A stretch of DNA of 64,000 bases, from assembly GCA_046735575.1 (NCBI GenBank), contig JBKPTS010000012.1, forward strand, positions 5,758 through 69,757, read 5' to 3'. The notes beneath the pieces are model-generated. The model had not been told where the DNA came from. It saw only the letters and a list, made by a program, of their open reading frames with translations, and made no database searches. Positions 8,837-16,544 of the stretch are shown one piece after another; position 1 is the first letter of the stretch; each line of letters starts with the position of its first letter. The translations under genes and the position numbers were made by a program. Source of the stretch: Actinomycetota bacterium (GTDB lineage Bacteria; Actinomycetota; Thermoleophilia; Gaiellales; Gaiellaceae).

Positions 8837-9988
8837 CTAGAAGCGCGGGAGCGGCGGGCCTCCGTAGTGGTCGTACGGGCCCTCGCGCGCGTAGCGCTCG
8901 ACGCACCGCGCCAGGGCCGCCTCGTCGAGCTCGACGCCGAGACCCGGGCCGTCGGGCACGGCGACCACGCCGCTCTCGGGCGAGAACGGACCGCCGGCGA
9001 CCACGTCGTCCGTCGTCCAGCGCAGAAGCGACTGGCTCGGCCTGTCGAGGAAGGGCGTCGCGGCCGCGATGTGGAGGTAGGCCGCGGTCGCGATCCCGAG
9101 GTCGCCGCTGTAGAACCAGAAGCCGAGCCCCGCCTCCTCGCACTCGGCGACGAGCCGGCGCGTGCCGGCGATCCCACCGCAGGCGCCGAGGCCGACGACC
9201 AGCGTGTCGGGCGCGCCGAGCTCGGCGGCGAGCGCGACGTCCGGCGTGTGCGCCGAGAACGGAGTGGGGCTCGATCGCCGGAGCTCGGCCAGCTCCTGGA
9301 AGGAGCCCACCGGCTCCTCCACGTTCGCGATCCGGTACGGCTCCAGGCGTGCGAGCGCCTGGCGGGCCGTCTCGAGGCGCCAGCCCATGTTCGCGTCCAG
9401 CCGGAGCTCGGGTTCCCGGCCGATCGCGGCCCGGATCTCCCGCACGAGCCGCAGGTCTTCCTGCACCGGCCGGACGGCGACCTTGCCCTCGAACACGTTC
9501 GAGCCGTGCTCCTCCGCCATGCGCGCGCAGAAAGCCGCGACGTCCGCCGGCGACTCCTCGCGCCCGGGCCGGTAGGCGAAGTACTCGCTGAACGCGATCT
9601 CGCGGCGGTGCAGCCCACCGAGGAGGTCGTACAGCGGCAGGGAGCGCTCGCGGGCCGCGACGTCCCAGAGGGCGACCTCGACGCCCGTCAACGGGTTGTC
9701 GACGACGACCCGCCCGTCGCGCCGGTGCCGTGGAGGAAGACGGTCTCGCGCGCCGAGCTCGGCCCGCAGCTCGTCCGCGTCCCGCCCGGCGAGCGCCTGC
9801 CCGAGCTCTCCCCGCAGCGCCCCCGCGTCCTCGGGAGCCGGGGTCTCCCCCAGGCCGGCGACGCCGTCCTCCGTCGTGACGCGCACGACGGCGCGATGGA
9901 TGCCGCGCACGACCCCGGGCGCCATCTCGTACGGCGCCTCGAGCGGGACGTTCACTGGCCACGCCTCGATGCGGGCGATCCGGCTCAC
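8837..9988 (-). CDS. Enolase-superfamily enzyme (MR/MLE family), second copy
   Basis: The N-terminus VSRIARIEAWPVNVPL is typical of the family. Other motifs are ALWDVAARERSLPLYDLLGG, RLDANMGW and NVEEPV. Confidence 0.85.
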   Translation of the reverse strand: MSRIARIEAWPVNVPLEAPYEMAPGVVRGIHRAVVRVTTEDGVAGLGETPAPEDAGALRGELGQALAGRDADELRAELGARDRLPPRHRRDGRVVVDNPLTGVEVALWDVAARERSLPLYDLLGGLHRREIAFSEYFAYRPGREESPADVAAFCARMAEEHGSNVFEGKVAVRPVQEDLRLVREIRAAIGREPELRLDANMGWRLETARQALARLEPYRIANVEEPVGSFQELAELRRSSPTPFSAHTPDVALAAELGAPDTLVVGLGACGGIAGTRRLVAECEEAGLGFWFYSGDLGIATAAYLHIAAATPFLDRPSQSLLRWTTDDVVAGGPFSPESGVVAVPDGPGLGVELDEAALARCVERYAREGPYDHYGGPPLPRF

Positions 9989-10014
9989 CCCGTGCAGCGA
10001 GCCCGCGTCGGGTC

Positions 10015-10020
10015 CAGAAT
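10015..10020 (+). promoter_or_regulatory. Weak candidate -10 hexamer CAGAAT for a leaderless transcript at ATG 10027
   Basis: The hexamer has the conserved A2 and T6 and sits 6 nt upstream of the ATG. The divergent intergenic spacer is only 38 bp. Confidence 0.3.
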
Positions 10021-10026
10021 GCGGCG

Positions 10027-10548
10027 ATGAGCGATCGCGCCCGGCTGGAGGAGCTCGCGGAGCGCGAACGGCCGCTCGCGCCCGACGAGTGCGCGGCCCT
10101 CGCACGTGCCGCCGCGGAGCACGTCGACCTGGACGCGCTCGACCGCCGGGGCGAGGGCACGTACGAGCTCCTCTGGCGGAACGACTCGTCGGAGGGCTGG
10201 CTGAACACCTGGTGGGAGCCGCGCGACACGGGGTTCCACGACCACGGAGGCTCGGCCGTCGGCGTGTACCTCCTCGAGGGGAGCGCGGGCCACGAGACGC
10301 TCACGGTCGGCGGCCCGCGACGCGTCACCCGCCACGTCGCCGGCGACGCGTTCTCGCTCGACGGCTCGGGCATCCACCGGATGGAGCACGAGCGAGGCGC
10401 GATCACCATCCACTGCTACTCCCCGCCCCTGCGCGAGATCGGCCACTACGAGGTCGTCGCCGGCGAGCTCCGCCGCCACGCGGGGCCGGCGGACGAGATC
10501 TCGCCCCCGAGCCCCGAGCTCACCGCGGCCCTGGCCGCCGAGAAGTGA
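10027..10548 (+). CDS. Cysteine-dioxygenase-type (CDO_I) cupin thiol dioxygenase-like protein
   Basis: Carries the cupin 3-His pattern (W..PRDTGFHDHGGS ... GIHRMEH) and a size (173 aa) typical of bacterial CDO homologues. Confidence 0.75.
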   Translation: MSDRARLEELAERERPLAPDECAALARAAAEHVDLDALDRRGEGTYELLWRNDSSEGWLNTWWEPRDTGFHDHGGSAVGVYLLEGSAGHETLTVGGPRRVTRHVAGDAFSLDGSGIHRMEHERGAITIHCYSPPLREIGHYEVVAGELRRHAGPADEISPPSPELTAALAAEK

Positions 10549-10551
10549 CCT

Positions 10552-11109
10552 CTACCCGGACGAGGCCAGCTCGTCCGCGTACGTGATGGAGACGCGACCG
10601 AGCGCCCCCGAGCTCTGTCCCAGCACGTAGTGCCCCATGCGCCAGAGCGCCGGCGAGTAGGCGTGGAGCGACGTCGCCGGCGGCCCGTCGGCATGCCGGA
10701 CGCCGTGGATGTAGGAGGAGTCGAAGTCGAAGACCGAGCCGGGCTCGTGCCGGCGCGTGCTCTCGATGATCCAGCCCTGCGGGTCCCGCTCGAAGTGGTC
10801 CTCGTAGAGCGTCCCCTCGTAGACGTAGACGGCGCCGTTCGACACGTCGTGGTCGTGGTAGCCGGTGTCCTGGGCGTCGAGCCAGCAGATGAGCCACAGG
10901 TCGAGGTGCGGGTCACGGTAGAGCTGGACGAAGTGCCGCGTGCGCGGGTCGTGCCGGACGAACCGTTTCCAGAACCGTGGCTCCGCCGCGAGGTCGGTGA
11001 CGAGCCGGGCGAGCGCAGGCCGGTCCAGGTCGGCGTCCTGCGGCACGCGCTCGTGAACCCATCGCGTCAGGGCCCGGCTGCGAGGAGACGTGATGGATTC
11101 GTGCTGCAT
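10552..11109 (-). CDS. Cysteine-dioxygenase-type (CDO_I) cupin thiol dioxygenase-like protein, paralogue
   Basis: Carries W..AQDTGYHDHDVS ... YIHGVRH. It is convergent with, and 3 nt away from, the other CDO-like gene. The start ATG 11109 overlaps the upstream amidohydrolase by 43 nt, so the start is uncertain. Confidence 0.75.
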   Translation of the reverse strand: MQHESITSPRSRALTRWVHERVPQDADLDRPALARLVTDLAAEPRFWKRFVRHDPRTRHFVQLYRDPHLDLWLICWLDAQDTGYHDHDVSNGAVYVYEGTLYEDHFERDPQGWIIESTRRHEPGSVFDFDSSYIHGVRHADGPPATSLHAYSPALWRMGHYVLGQSSGALGRVSITYADELASSG

Positions 11110-11939
11110 ATGGCTTCCGCCACAGCATCGCCAAAGCCGCGGACGGCGTCCAGGGCGAGCTCGGGATCGAGCCCCGGCGCGTCGCTGCCGAGGACGACCC
11201 TGCCGACCCCGTACGTGGTCAGGCAGAGCTCGAGGGCCCGGCGCCCGTAGGACGCGGTCTCGAAGTACACGGTGTCGTACAGCAAGCCGCGACCGGACAC
11301 GCCTCGCGACTGGAAGCGCTCGAGCTGGAACGGCCCGCCGCCCGCGAGGATCGCGAAGACGACGTCGAGGCGCGGCCAGCGCTCGACCCCGCCGTCCAGC
11401 CACATCGCGTACGCCGCCTGCATCTGCGCCGTGTGGTCCACGACCGCCGACCACCACTCCGGGGTCCGCTCCCGGGCGGGCGACGGGCCCGGGTGGACGA
11501 AGAGGAAACCGCCGCGCTGCTCGAGCTCGTCGAGCCTGGGCGCGAGCAGCTCGAGGTCGAGGAGCTCGGACGCCCCGATGCACGCTCCGGCGAAGCCCTC
11601 CGCGCTCCAGCGGGCGGCGAGCGGGACGATCCTCTCGCTCGCCCGGGCGAGCTCGAGGATGCCCTGCTCGTAGGTCTCGCAGATCTCCTCCCACTCGCCG
11701 TCCGCGAGAGCGCCGGCGCCGAGCGTCGGGGGGAGGGAGACGACCGCCCGTTCGATCCCGTGACGATCGAGCAGCGCGAGGCGCGCCTCGAGCGTGTGCG
11801 CCGCCAGCTCGACCTGCACGGGGGGCTCGCCCGCGACCTGGAGCGTCGAGCCCTCGAGCCGAGGCGGACGGCGGCGCCGTGCGAGCAGCTCGACCAGGGA
11901 ATCCGGCCACAGGTGCTGGTGGACGTCGACGACGGGCAC
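11067..11939 (-). CDS. Amidohydrolase-2 (ACMSD-like metal-dependent hydrolase/decarboxylase) family protein
   Basis: The N-terminus is VPVVDVHQHLWP (HxH metal motif). FVHPG and a C-terminal GSD..P follow, typical of PF04909-type proteins. Confidence 0.8.
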   Translation of the reverse strand: MPVVDVHQHLWPDSLVELLARRRRPPRLEGSTLQVAGEPPVQVELAAHTLEARLALLDRHGIERAVVSLPPTLGAGALADGEWEEICETYEQGILELARASERIVPLAARWSAEGFAGACIGASELLDLELLAPRLDELEQRGGFLFVHPGPSPARERTPEWWSAVVDHTAQMQAAYAMWLDGGVERWPRLDVVFAILAGGGPFQLERFQSRGVSGRGLLYDTVYFETASYGRRALELCLTTYGVGRVVLGSDAPGLDPELALDAVRGFGDAVAEAICSTNPSRLLAAGP

Positions 11940-11945
11940 GCGGGC

Positions 11946-11951
11946 ACCCTA
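11946..11951 (-). promoter_or_regulatory. Candidate -10 hexamer TAGGGT (minus strand) for a leaderless transcript at GTG 11939
   Basis: A TANNNT hexamer lies 6 nt upstream of the amidohydrolase start. It overlaps the plus-strand hexamer by 2 nt. Confidence 0.4.
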
Positions 11952-11955
11952 GACT
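11950..11955 (+). promoter_or_regulatory. Candidate -10 hexamer TAGACT for a leaderless transcript at GTG 11963
   Basis: A TANNNT hexamer lies 7 nt upstream of the sulfurtransferase start, and there is no room for an SD sequence. Confidence 0.45.
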
Positions 11956-11962
11956 CGCGCCC

Positions 11963-12835
11963 GTGCTCGTGACGCCGGAATGGTTGGCTGCGCACCTCGA
12001 GGACCCGGATCTCGTGGTCGTCGACCTCCGCTGGGACGAGCAGGGCCAGGGGCGGGCGCGGTACGAGCAGGGCCACGTCCCCGGGGCCTGCCACCTCGAC
12101 TGGGCGAGCGACCTCGTCGACCCCGGCCATCGCGTCGCGTTCATGCTCGCGCCCCCGGACCGCTTCGCCGCCCAGCTCGAGCGCTGCGGCATCTCGGACG
12201 AGACCGTGGTCGTCGCCTACGCCGACGGCGGGCACTCCGGCCCGTTCCGCCTCTGGTGGGGCTGCAGCGTGTACGGCCACGACGACCAGGTGCGAATCCT
12301 GGACGGGGGGATCGAGGCGTGGATCGCCGAGGGCCGTCCGCTCTCTACCGAGCCGCCGAGAGCCGCGCGCGGCTCGTGGACGCCTCGCCCGCGTCCGGCG
12401 CTCGTCGCGAGCGCGCAGGACGTCGAACGCGCGCCCGAGGAGGGAACGATCGTCCTCGACTCACGGGAGCCGCCGAAGTTCCGCGGCGAGACGGTCTGGT
12501 TCGAGACGGGCGAGATCCCGGCCGACGGCGACGGCCTCGCACGTACGCCCCGCGGCGAGCTCCGCGCGGGCCGCGTCCCCTGGGCCCGCTCCCTCCCCTC
12601 GCAGCAGCTCTACCGGGACGACCTGACCATGAAGAGCCCCGACGAGCTGCGCGAGCTCTTCGCCGAGCTCGGCGCGGCACCCGGCAAGCGCGTCGTCACC
12701 TACTGCGGCGTGGGCATCTCCGCCTCCGCGCTCCTGTACGCGCTCGAGCGCGCCGGGATCGAGGACGTATCGCTCTACGACGCGGGCTGGGACGAGTGGG
12801 GCCGCGACCCGGAGCTTCCGGCCGCGCGAGGCTGA
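11963..12835 (+). CDS. Two-domain rhodanese-type sulfurtransferase (thiosulfate / 3-mercaptopyruvate sulfurtransferase family)
   Basis: It has tandem rhodanese domains. The N-terminus is LVTPEWLAAHL, and the active-site loop is YCGVGISAS in the C-terminal domain. Confidence 0.85.
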   Translation: MLVTPEWLAAHLEDPDLVVVDLRWDEQGQGRARYEQGHVPGACHLDWASDLVDPGHRVAFMLAPPDRFAAQLERCGISDETVVVAYADGGHSGPFRLWWGCSVYGHDDQVRILDGGIEAWIAEGRPLSTEPPRAARGSWTPRPRPALVASAQDVERAPEEGTIVLDSREPPKFRGETVWFETGEIPADGDGLARTPRGELRAGRVPWARSLPSQQLYRDDLTMKSPDELRELFAELGAAPGKRVVTYCGVGISASALLYALERAGIEDVSLYDAGWDEWGRDPELPAARG

Positions 12836-12838
12836 GCC

Positions 12839-13867
12839 CTACAGCTCCTTCGCGAACTCGACGTTCTCCGTCTTGAGGCTCTCGTCCGTCCCGAAGTAGG
12901 CGTGCTTGGACATGTCCGGCGAGTACTTGCTCCCCGGCGGCGTCCGCCCGATCGCCTCGGCGAGGCTGCGGATGTGGTGCGGGGCCGCCCCGCAGCAGAG
13001 ACCGAGGTAGTCGATCCCGATCGCCTGCGCCTCGCGCGCCCAGTCCGCGATCTCGTAGCGGGTGCAGACGAACGGGTCGAGCGCGGTCGGGAACGGCATC
13101 TCGTCCGGGTGCGCGGGATCGCGGAGCGACTGGAAGCTCGGCTGCTGCTCGGTCGTCCGGTACGGGACGGGGAGCGCGGCGACGTGCCCGGAGACCGCCT
13201 CGCGAACGGCGCGCAGCGAGGGCATCAGCGTCTCCGGCCCGCGCCCGCAGTTGAGCCCGACCACGTCGGCGCCCGCCTGCTCGAGCCGGAGGCACGCCTC
13301 GGCGGGCGTCAGGCCGTCCCGGGTCACGGGGGCCTGGTGCAGGATGAGAGTGACGACCGCAGGGAAGCCCGCGTCCTTGATCACCTCGAGCGCGAGCAGA
13401 GCCTCCCCCGCGTGGGAGAAGGTCTCGGCGATCACGTAGTCGACTCCCGCCTCGGACGCCCAGCCGACCTGCTCCTCGAACATCGAGCGCACCGTCCGCT
13501 TCGACTCCTCGTCCTCGGCCCAGAGGTTGGTGTTGCAGATGTCGCCCGCGAGGAGCGCACCGCTCTCGCGCGCGACCTCCCTCGCGACCTCGAGCGCCTG
13601 CCGGTTCAGGTCCTCGAGCAGGTGCTCCTTGCCGACGATCCGCATCTTCTCGCGGTGGGCGTAGTACGTGAACGCCTCGACCACGTCCGATCCGGCGTGG
13701 ACGAAGTCGCGGTGCAGCTGCGCGACGACCTCGGGGTGGTCGAGCACGACCTCGGGCACGTACGCGCCCGCCTGCAGGTAGCCGCGCCGCTCGAGCTCGA
13801 AGAGGTAGCCCTCGGCGCAGATGACCGGGCCCTGCTCGAGCCGTTCCAGGAGGCCGCCCCCGCTCAC
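12839..13867 (-). CDS. Betaine-homocysteine S-methyltransferase-like (Hcy-binding domain, S-methyl_trans family)
   Basis: The N-terminus GLLERLEQGPVICAEGYLFELERRGY..HPEVVAQLHRDFVHAGSDV resembles BHMT. The Zn-ligand cysteines are present in GLNCG and GLCCGAAPHH. Confidence 0.85.
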   Translation of the reverse strand: MSGGGLLERLEQGPVICAEGYLFELERRGYLQAGAYVPEVVLDHPEVVAQLHRDFVHAGSDVVEAFTYYAHREKMRIVGKEHLLEDLNRQALEVAREVARESGALLAGDICNTNLWAEDEESKRTVRSMFEEQVGWASEAGVDYVIAETFSHAGEALLALEVIKDAGFPAVVTLILHQAPVTRDGLTPAEACLRLEQAGADVVGLNCGRGPETLMPSLRAVREAVSGHVAALPVPYRTTEQQPSFQSLRDPAHPDEMPFPTALDPFVCTRYEIADWAREAQAIGIDYLGLCCGAAPHHIRSLAEAIGRTPPGSKYSPDMSKHAYFGTDESLKTENVEFAKEL

Positions 13868-13880
13868 CCCGCTACTCCTA

Positions 13881-15305
13881 TCACGTCAGCCCGGAGCGCA
13901 CGAGCTCGCGCACGGGCTCCAGGTCGGGGGGGACGGTCTCGCCCTCGCCCGTGAACGGGACGCGCCCGCGGACGAGGTCGTACGCCCGCCGCGTCCCGCT
14001 GCCGAGCTGCGCGGGACGGCGGAGGTCGACCGCCTGCGCCGCGACCACGAGCTCGACGGCGACGATCCGCTCGCCGAGCTCGACCATCGCCGCGACGTGG
14101 CGGGCCGCGAGGGGCGTCATCGTCATCCGGTCCTCGATCCCCTCCGCCTGGGTCGTGCTCGCGAGCTCGAAAGAGACGGGCTGCGCGAGCAGCCGCGCCT
14201 CCGCGGTCAGCGCGTGCCCGGCGTTCCCGAGCTCGGCGAGGCCGTCCTCGTGCAGCCCCTCGCGTGCGGCGAGCCCGTCCGGCAGGCCGGAGAACGGCCG
14301 CTGCAGCAGCTTCATCATCCGCTCGTTCGCCGAGGTGAGCGCAGGGGCGAGCGCGATCCGGAGGAAGTCGAGCGCGGCCGCGAGCGGCGCGACGTCGAGG
14401 TTCAGGACCGAGAACACACGCGCCTCGCCCGGCACGACGAGCGGGTTCGAGCTCGAGCCGTTCAGCTCCACGGCGAGCTGGGCGAGGACGAAGTCGAGCG
14501 CGTCATGTGCCGATCCCAGCACCTGCGGCAGACCGCGGAACGTCAGCGGGTCCTGGAGGTTTCGCGCCGCGCCGGGCTCCCAGAGCGAGCTTCCCGCGAG
14601 CAGCCCGGTGAGGCGGTCGACCGATCGTCGCAGGCCGGGATACGGCCGCGTCAGCGGGACCTGCGGGTGGATGATCGAGAGGTTCGCCGCGAAGGCCTCG
14701 AGGTCGAGCGCGCCGGCGACGTGCATCGCGTCGAGCAGTCGCTCGGCGTCGGCGACAGCGAGGGCCGCGAGCCCGGTCGAGAAGGCGTTGTTGTTCACGA
14801 GCCAGAGCGCCTCGCCGGCCGCGAGCTCGAACGTCTCGAAGAGCCCGTAGGCGAGGTCCGCGTTCGGCGCCAGGTCGCTCTGGCCGATCGAGCCGAGGAT
14901 CCGGACCCGGGGCGACTCGTCCTCGTTCAGCGCCTCGACGAGCCGCTCCGCAACCGCGGGGCGGACCCCTGTCGTCCCCGACGCGAAGAGGTTCGCGAGC
15001 CGCAGGAGCTGCGCCCGGACGACGTCGTGCGCGGCTTCCGGCCCCTGGCCGACGAGGTGGCTGCGCAGCAGCCGGCGGTTGAACTCGGCCATCTCCTCCG
15101 GGGTCACGGCGACCCGCTTCCGCGAGGCGACGCCGGTCGTGACGCCGTACACGGGCTCCCCGCGCTCGACCGCCCCGTCGACCACCGCGCGCGACTCGCG
15201 CATGCGCTCGAGGGCCGCCGGAGCGAGCTCGACCGCCTCGCCGGAGCGCGCGACCCGCACGACCTCCCCGAGCGTGAGGTCTCGTCCTGTCAGGCGCACG
15301 GTCAC
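13881..15305 (-). CDS. HAL/PAL-family lyase-fold enzyme lacking the MIO triad, second paralogue
   Basis: Family motifs are YGVTTGV, LQDPLTFRGLPQVLG and NGSSSNPLV. At the MIO position the sequence reads GSIGQSDLAPNAD, which has no Ala-Ser-Gly and is one residue shorter than GSVGASGDLAPLAH. Confidence 0.8.
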   Translation of the reverse strand: MTVRLTGRDLTLGEVVRVARSGEAVELAPAALERMRESRAVVDGAVERGEPVYGVTTGVASRKRVAVTPEEMAEFNRRLLRSHLVGQGPEAAHDVVRAQLLRLANLFASGTTGVRPAVAERLVEALNEDESPRVRILGSIGQSDLAPNADLAYGLFETFELAAGEALWLVNNNAFSTGLAALAVADAERLLDAMHVAGALDLEAFAANLSIIHPQVPLTRPYPGLRRSVDRLTGLLAGSSLWEPGAARNLQDPLTFRGLPQVLGSAHDALDFVLAQLAVELNGSSSNPLVVPGEARVFSVLNLDVAPLAAALDFLRIALAPALTSANERMMKLLQRPFSGLPDGLAAREGLHEDGLAELGNAGHALTAEARLLAQPVSFELASTTQAEGIEDRMTMTPLAARHVAAMVELGERIVAVELVVAAQAVDLRRPAQLGSGTRRAYDLVRGRVPFTGEGETVPPDLEPVRELVRSGLT

Positions 15306-15315
15306 GACGTTGCTT

Positions 15316-16416
15316 TCACCAGACGAGGCTCGCCGTCCGGGCGATCGTCTCCAGCTTCGCGCGCTGGTCGTCCTGGGTGAGGGCGTTTCCGAGCACGGAC
15401 GTGGCGAAACCGCACTGCGGGGAGAGCGCGAGCCGCTCGAGCGGGACGAACGCGCTCGCCTCCTCGATCCTCGCCCGGAGCTCGTCGACCGTCTCGCGCC
15501 GTCCCGTCTTCGTCGTGACGAGCCCGAGGACGACGAGCTTGTCCTCCGGCACCGTGCGCAGCGGCTCGAAGGTCCCCGAGCGCGCGTCGTCGTACTCGAG
15601 CAGGAGACGTTGCGCCCGCACGCGCGGGAAGAGCTGCCCGGCGAGCCAGTCGTAGCCTCCCTCGACGAGCCAGCGGCTCGCCTGGTTGCCGCGGCAGAGG
15701 TGGAACCCGAAGGTGACTCCCGGCCGCTCGCCGATGACGTGGTTGTCGAGCTCGACGCCCTGCTCGATCCAGCGCTCCGCGGGCCAGCCCCGGCTGGCGT
15801 AGAAGTCGCGGTAGCTGGGGTCGAGGAACATCGGGTAGTGCGGCGCGTCCAGCTGGACGTACGTCGCCCCCAGCCGCACGAGCTCGTCCACCTCCTCGCG
15901 GAGGATCTCGGCGACGTCCGCGAGGAAGGACTCGAGCGTCGGGTATGCGCCCCGCGAGCGCTCGGGATCCCAGAAGCTCGCGAAGAGGCTCGGGCTCGGA
16001 AGCGTGACCTTGAGGATCCGGCTGCTGCGCCCGCGCGCGTACGTGAGCTCCTCCGCCGAGAGGAAGCGCTTGCGGCGGAGCTTTCCCTCCACCGCCAGCG
16101 GCGGCCTCTCGACGGCGAGGTCCCCGACCTCGTCTCCGTGCCACTCGCCCCAGAGGAAGGCATCGAGATCCCACTCGCCGAAGCCCTCCACCGCCTCCGT
16201 CATCTGGCTCTGGAACGAGAGGCGACGCATCTCGCCGTCGGTCACGACCTCGAGGCCCGCCTCCTCCTGCAGCCGCAGCGCCGCGTCGACGGCCGCGTCC
16301 TCGATCCGCTTGAACTCGGGCTGCGACAGCTCGCCCCGCGCGACGCGCTCGCGCGCCTCGAGGAGCTCGGGCGGCCGGAGCAGGCTGCCGACGACGTCGC
16401 TGCGCGCCTCGATCAC
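15316..16416 (-). CDS. Cobalamin-independent methionine-synthase-like methyltransferase (MetE C-terminal catalytic domain only, Meth_synt_2)
   Basis: Zn-ligand motifs are FHLCRGN and SPQCGF. The 366-aa single-domain form corresponds to the MetE C-terminal half. Confidence 0.85.
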   Translation of the reverse strand: MIEARSDVVGSLLRPPELLEARERVARGELSQPEFKRIEDAAVDAALRLQEEAGLEVVTDGEMRRLSFQSQMTEAVEGFGEWDLDAFLWGEWHGDEVGDLAVERPPLAVEGKLRRKRFLSAEELTYARGRSSRILKVTLPSPSLFASFWDPERSRGAYPTLESFLADVAEILREEVDELVRLGATYVQLDAPHYPMFLDPSYRDFYASRGWPAERWIEQGVELDNHVIGERPGVTFGFHLCRGNQASRWLVEGGYDWLAGQLFPRVRAQRLLLEYDDARSGTFEPLRTVPEDKLVVLGLVTTKTGRRETVDELRARIEEASAFVPLERLALSPQCGFATSVLGNALTQDDQRAKLETIARTASLVW

Positions 16417-16423
16417 GGAGCGG

Positions 16424-16429
16424 AACCTA
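16424..16429 (-). promoter_or_regulatory. Candidate -10 hexamer TAGGTT (minus strand) for a leaderless transcript at GTG 16416
   Basis: A TANNNT hexamer lies 7 nt upstream of the MetE-like start codon, immediately inside the REP-like element's flank. Confidence 0.4.
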
Positions 16430-16435
16430 CCGGCG

Positions 16436-16544
16436 GAGGGGTCAGACCCCGGACGGGTCCGTCCCGGACGTGTCGCCGGCCCGCAAACCCGCTCGGCGCC
16501 GAGCCGCCCCGCCCAGGTCGGCCGCGTCCGGGGTCTGACCCCTC
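16436..16544. repeat. REP/MITE-like intergenic element, copy 1: perfect 19-bp terminal inverted repeats (GAGGGGTCAGACCCCGGAC) around a 71-bp core
   Basis: The arms at 16436-16454 and 16526-16544 are exact reverse complements. Each arm contains the palindrome GGGGTC-A/T-GACCCC. A second copy with the same arm core lies at 42910-43013. Confidence 0.7.
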
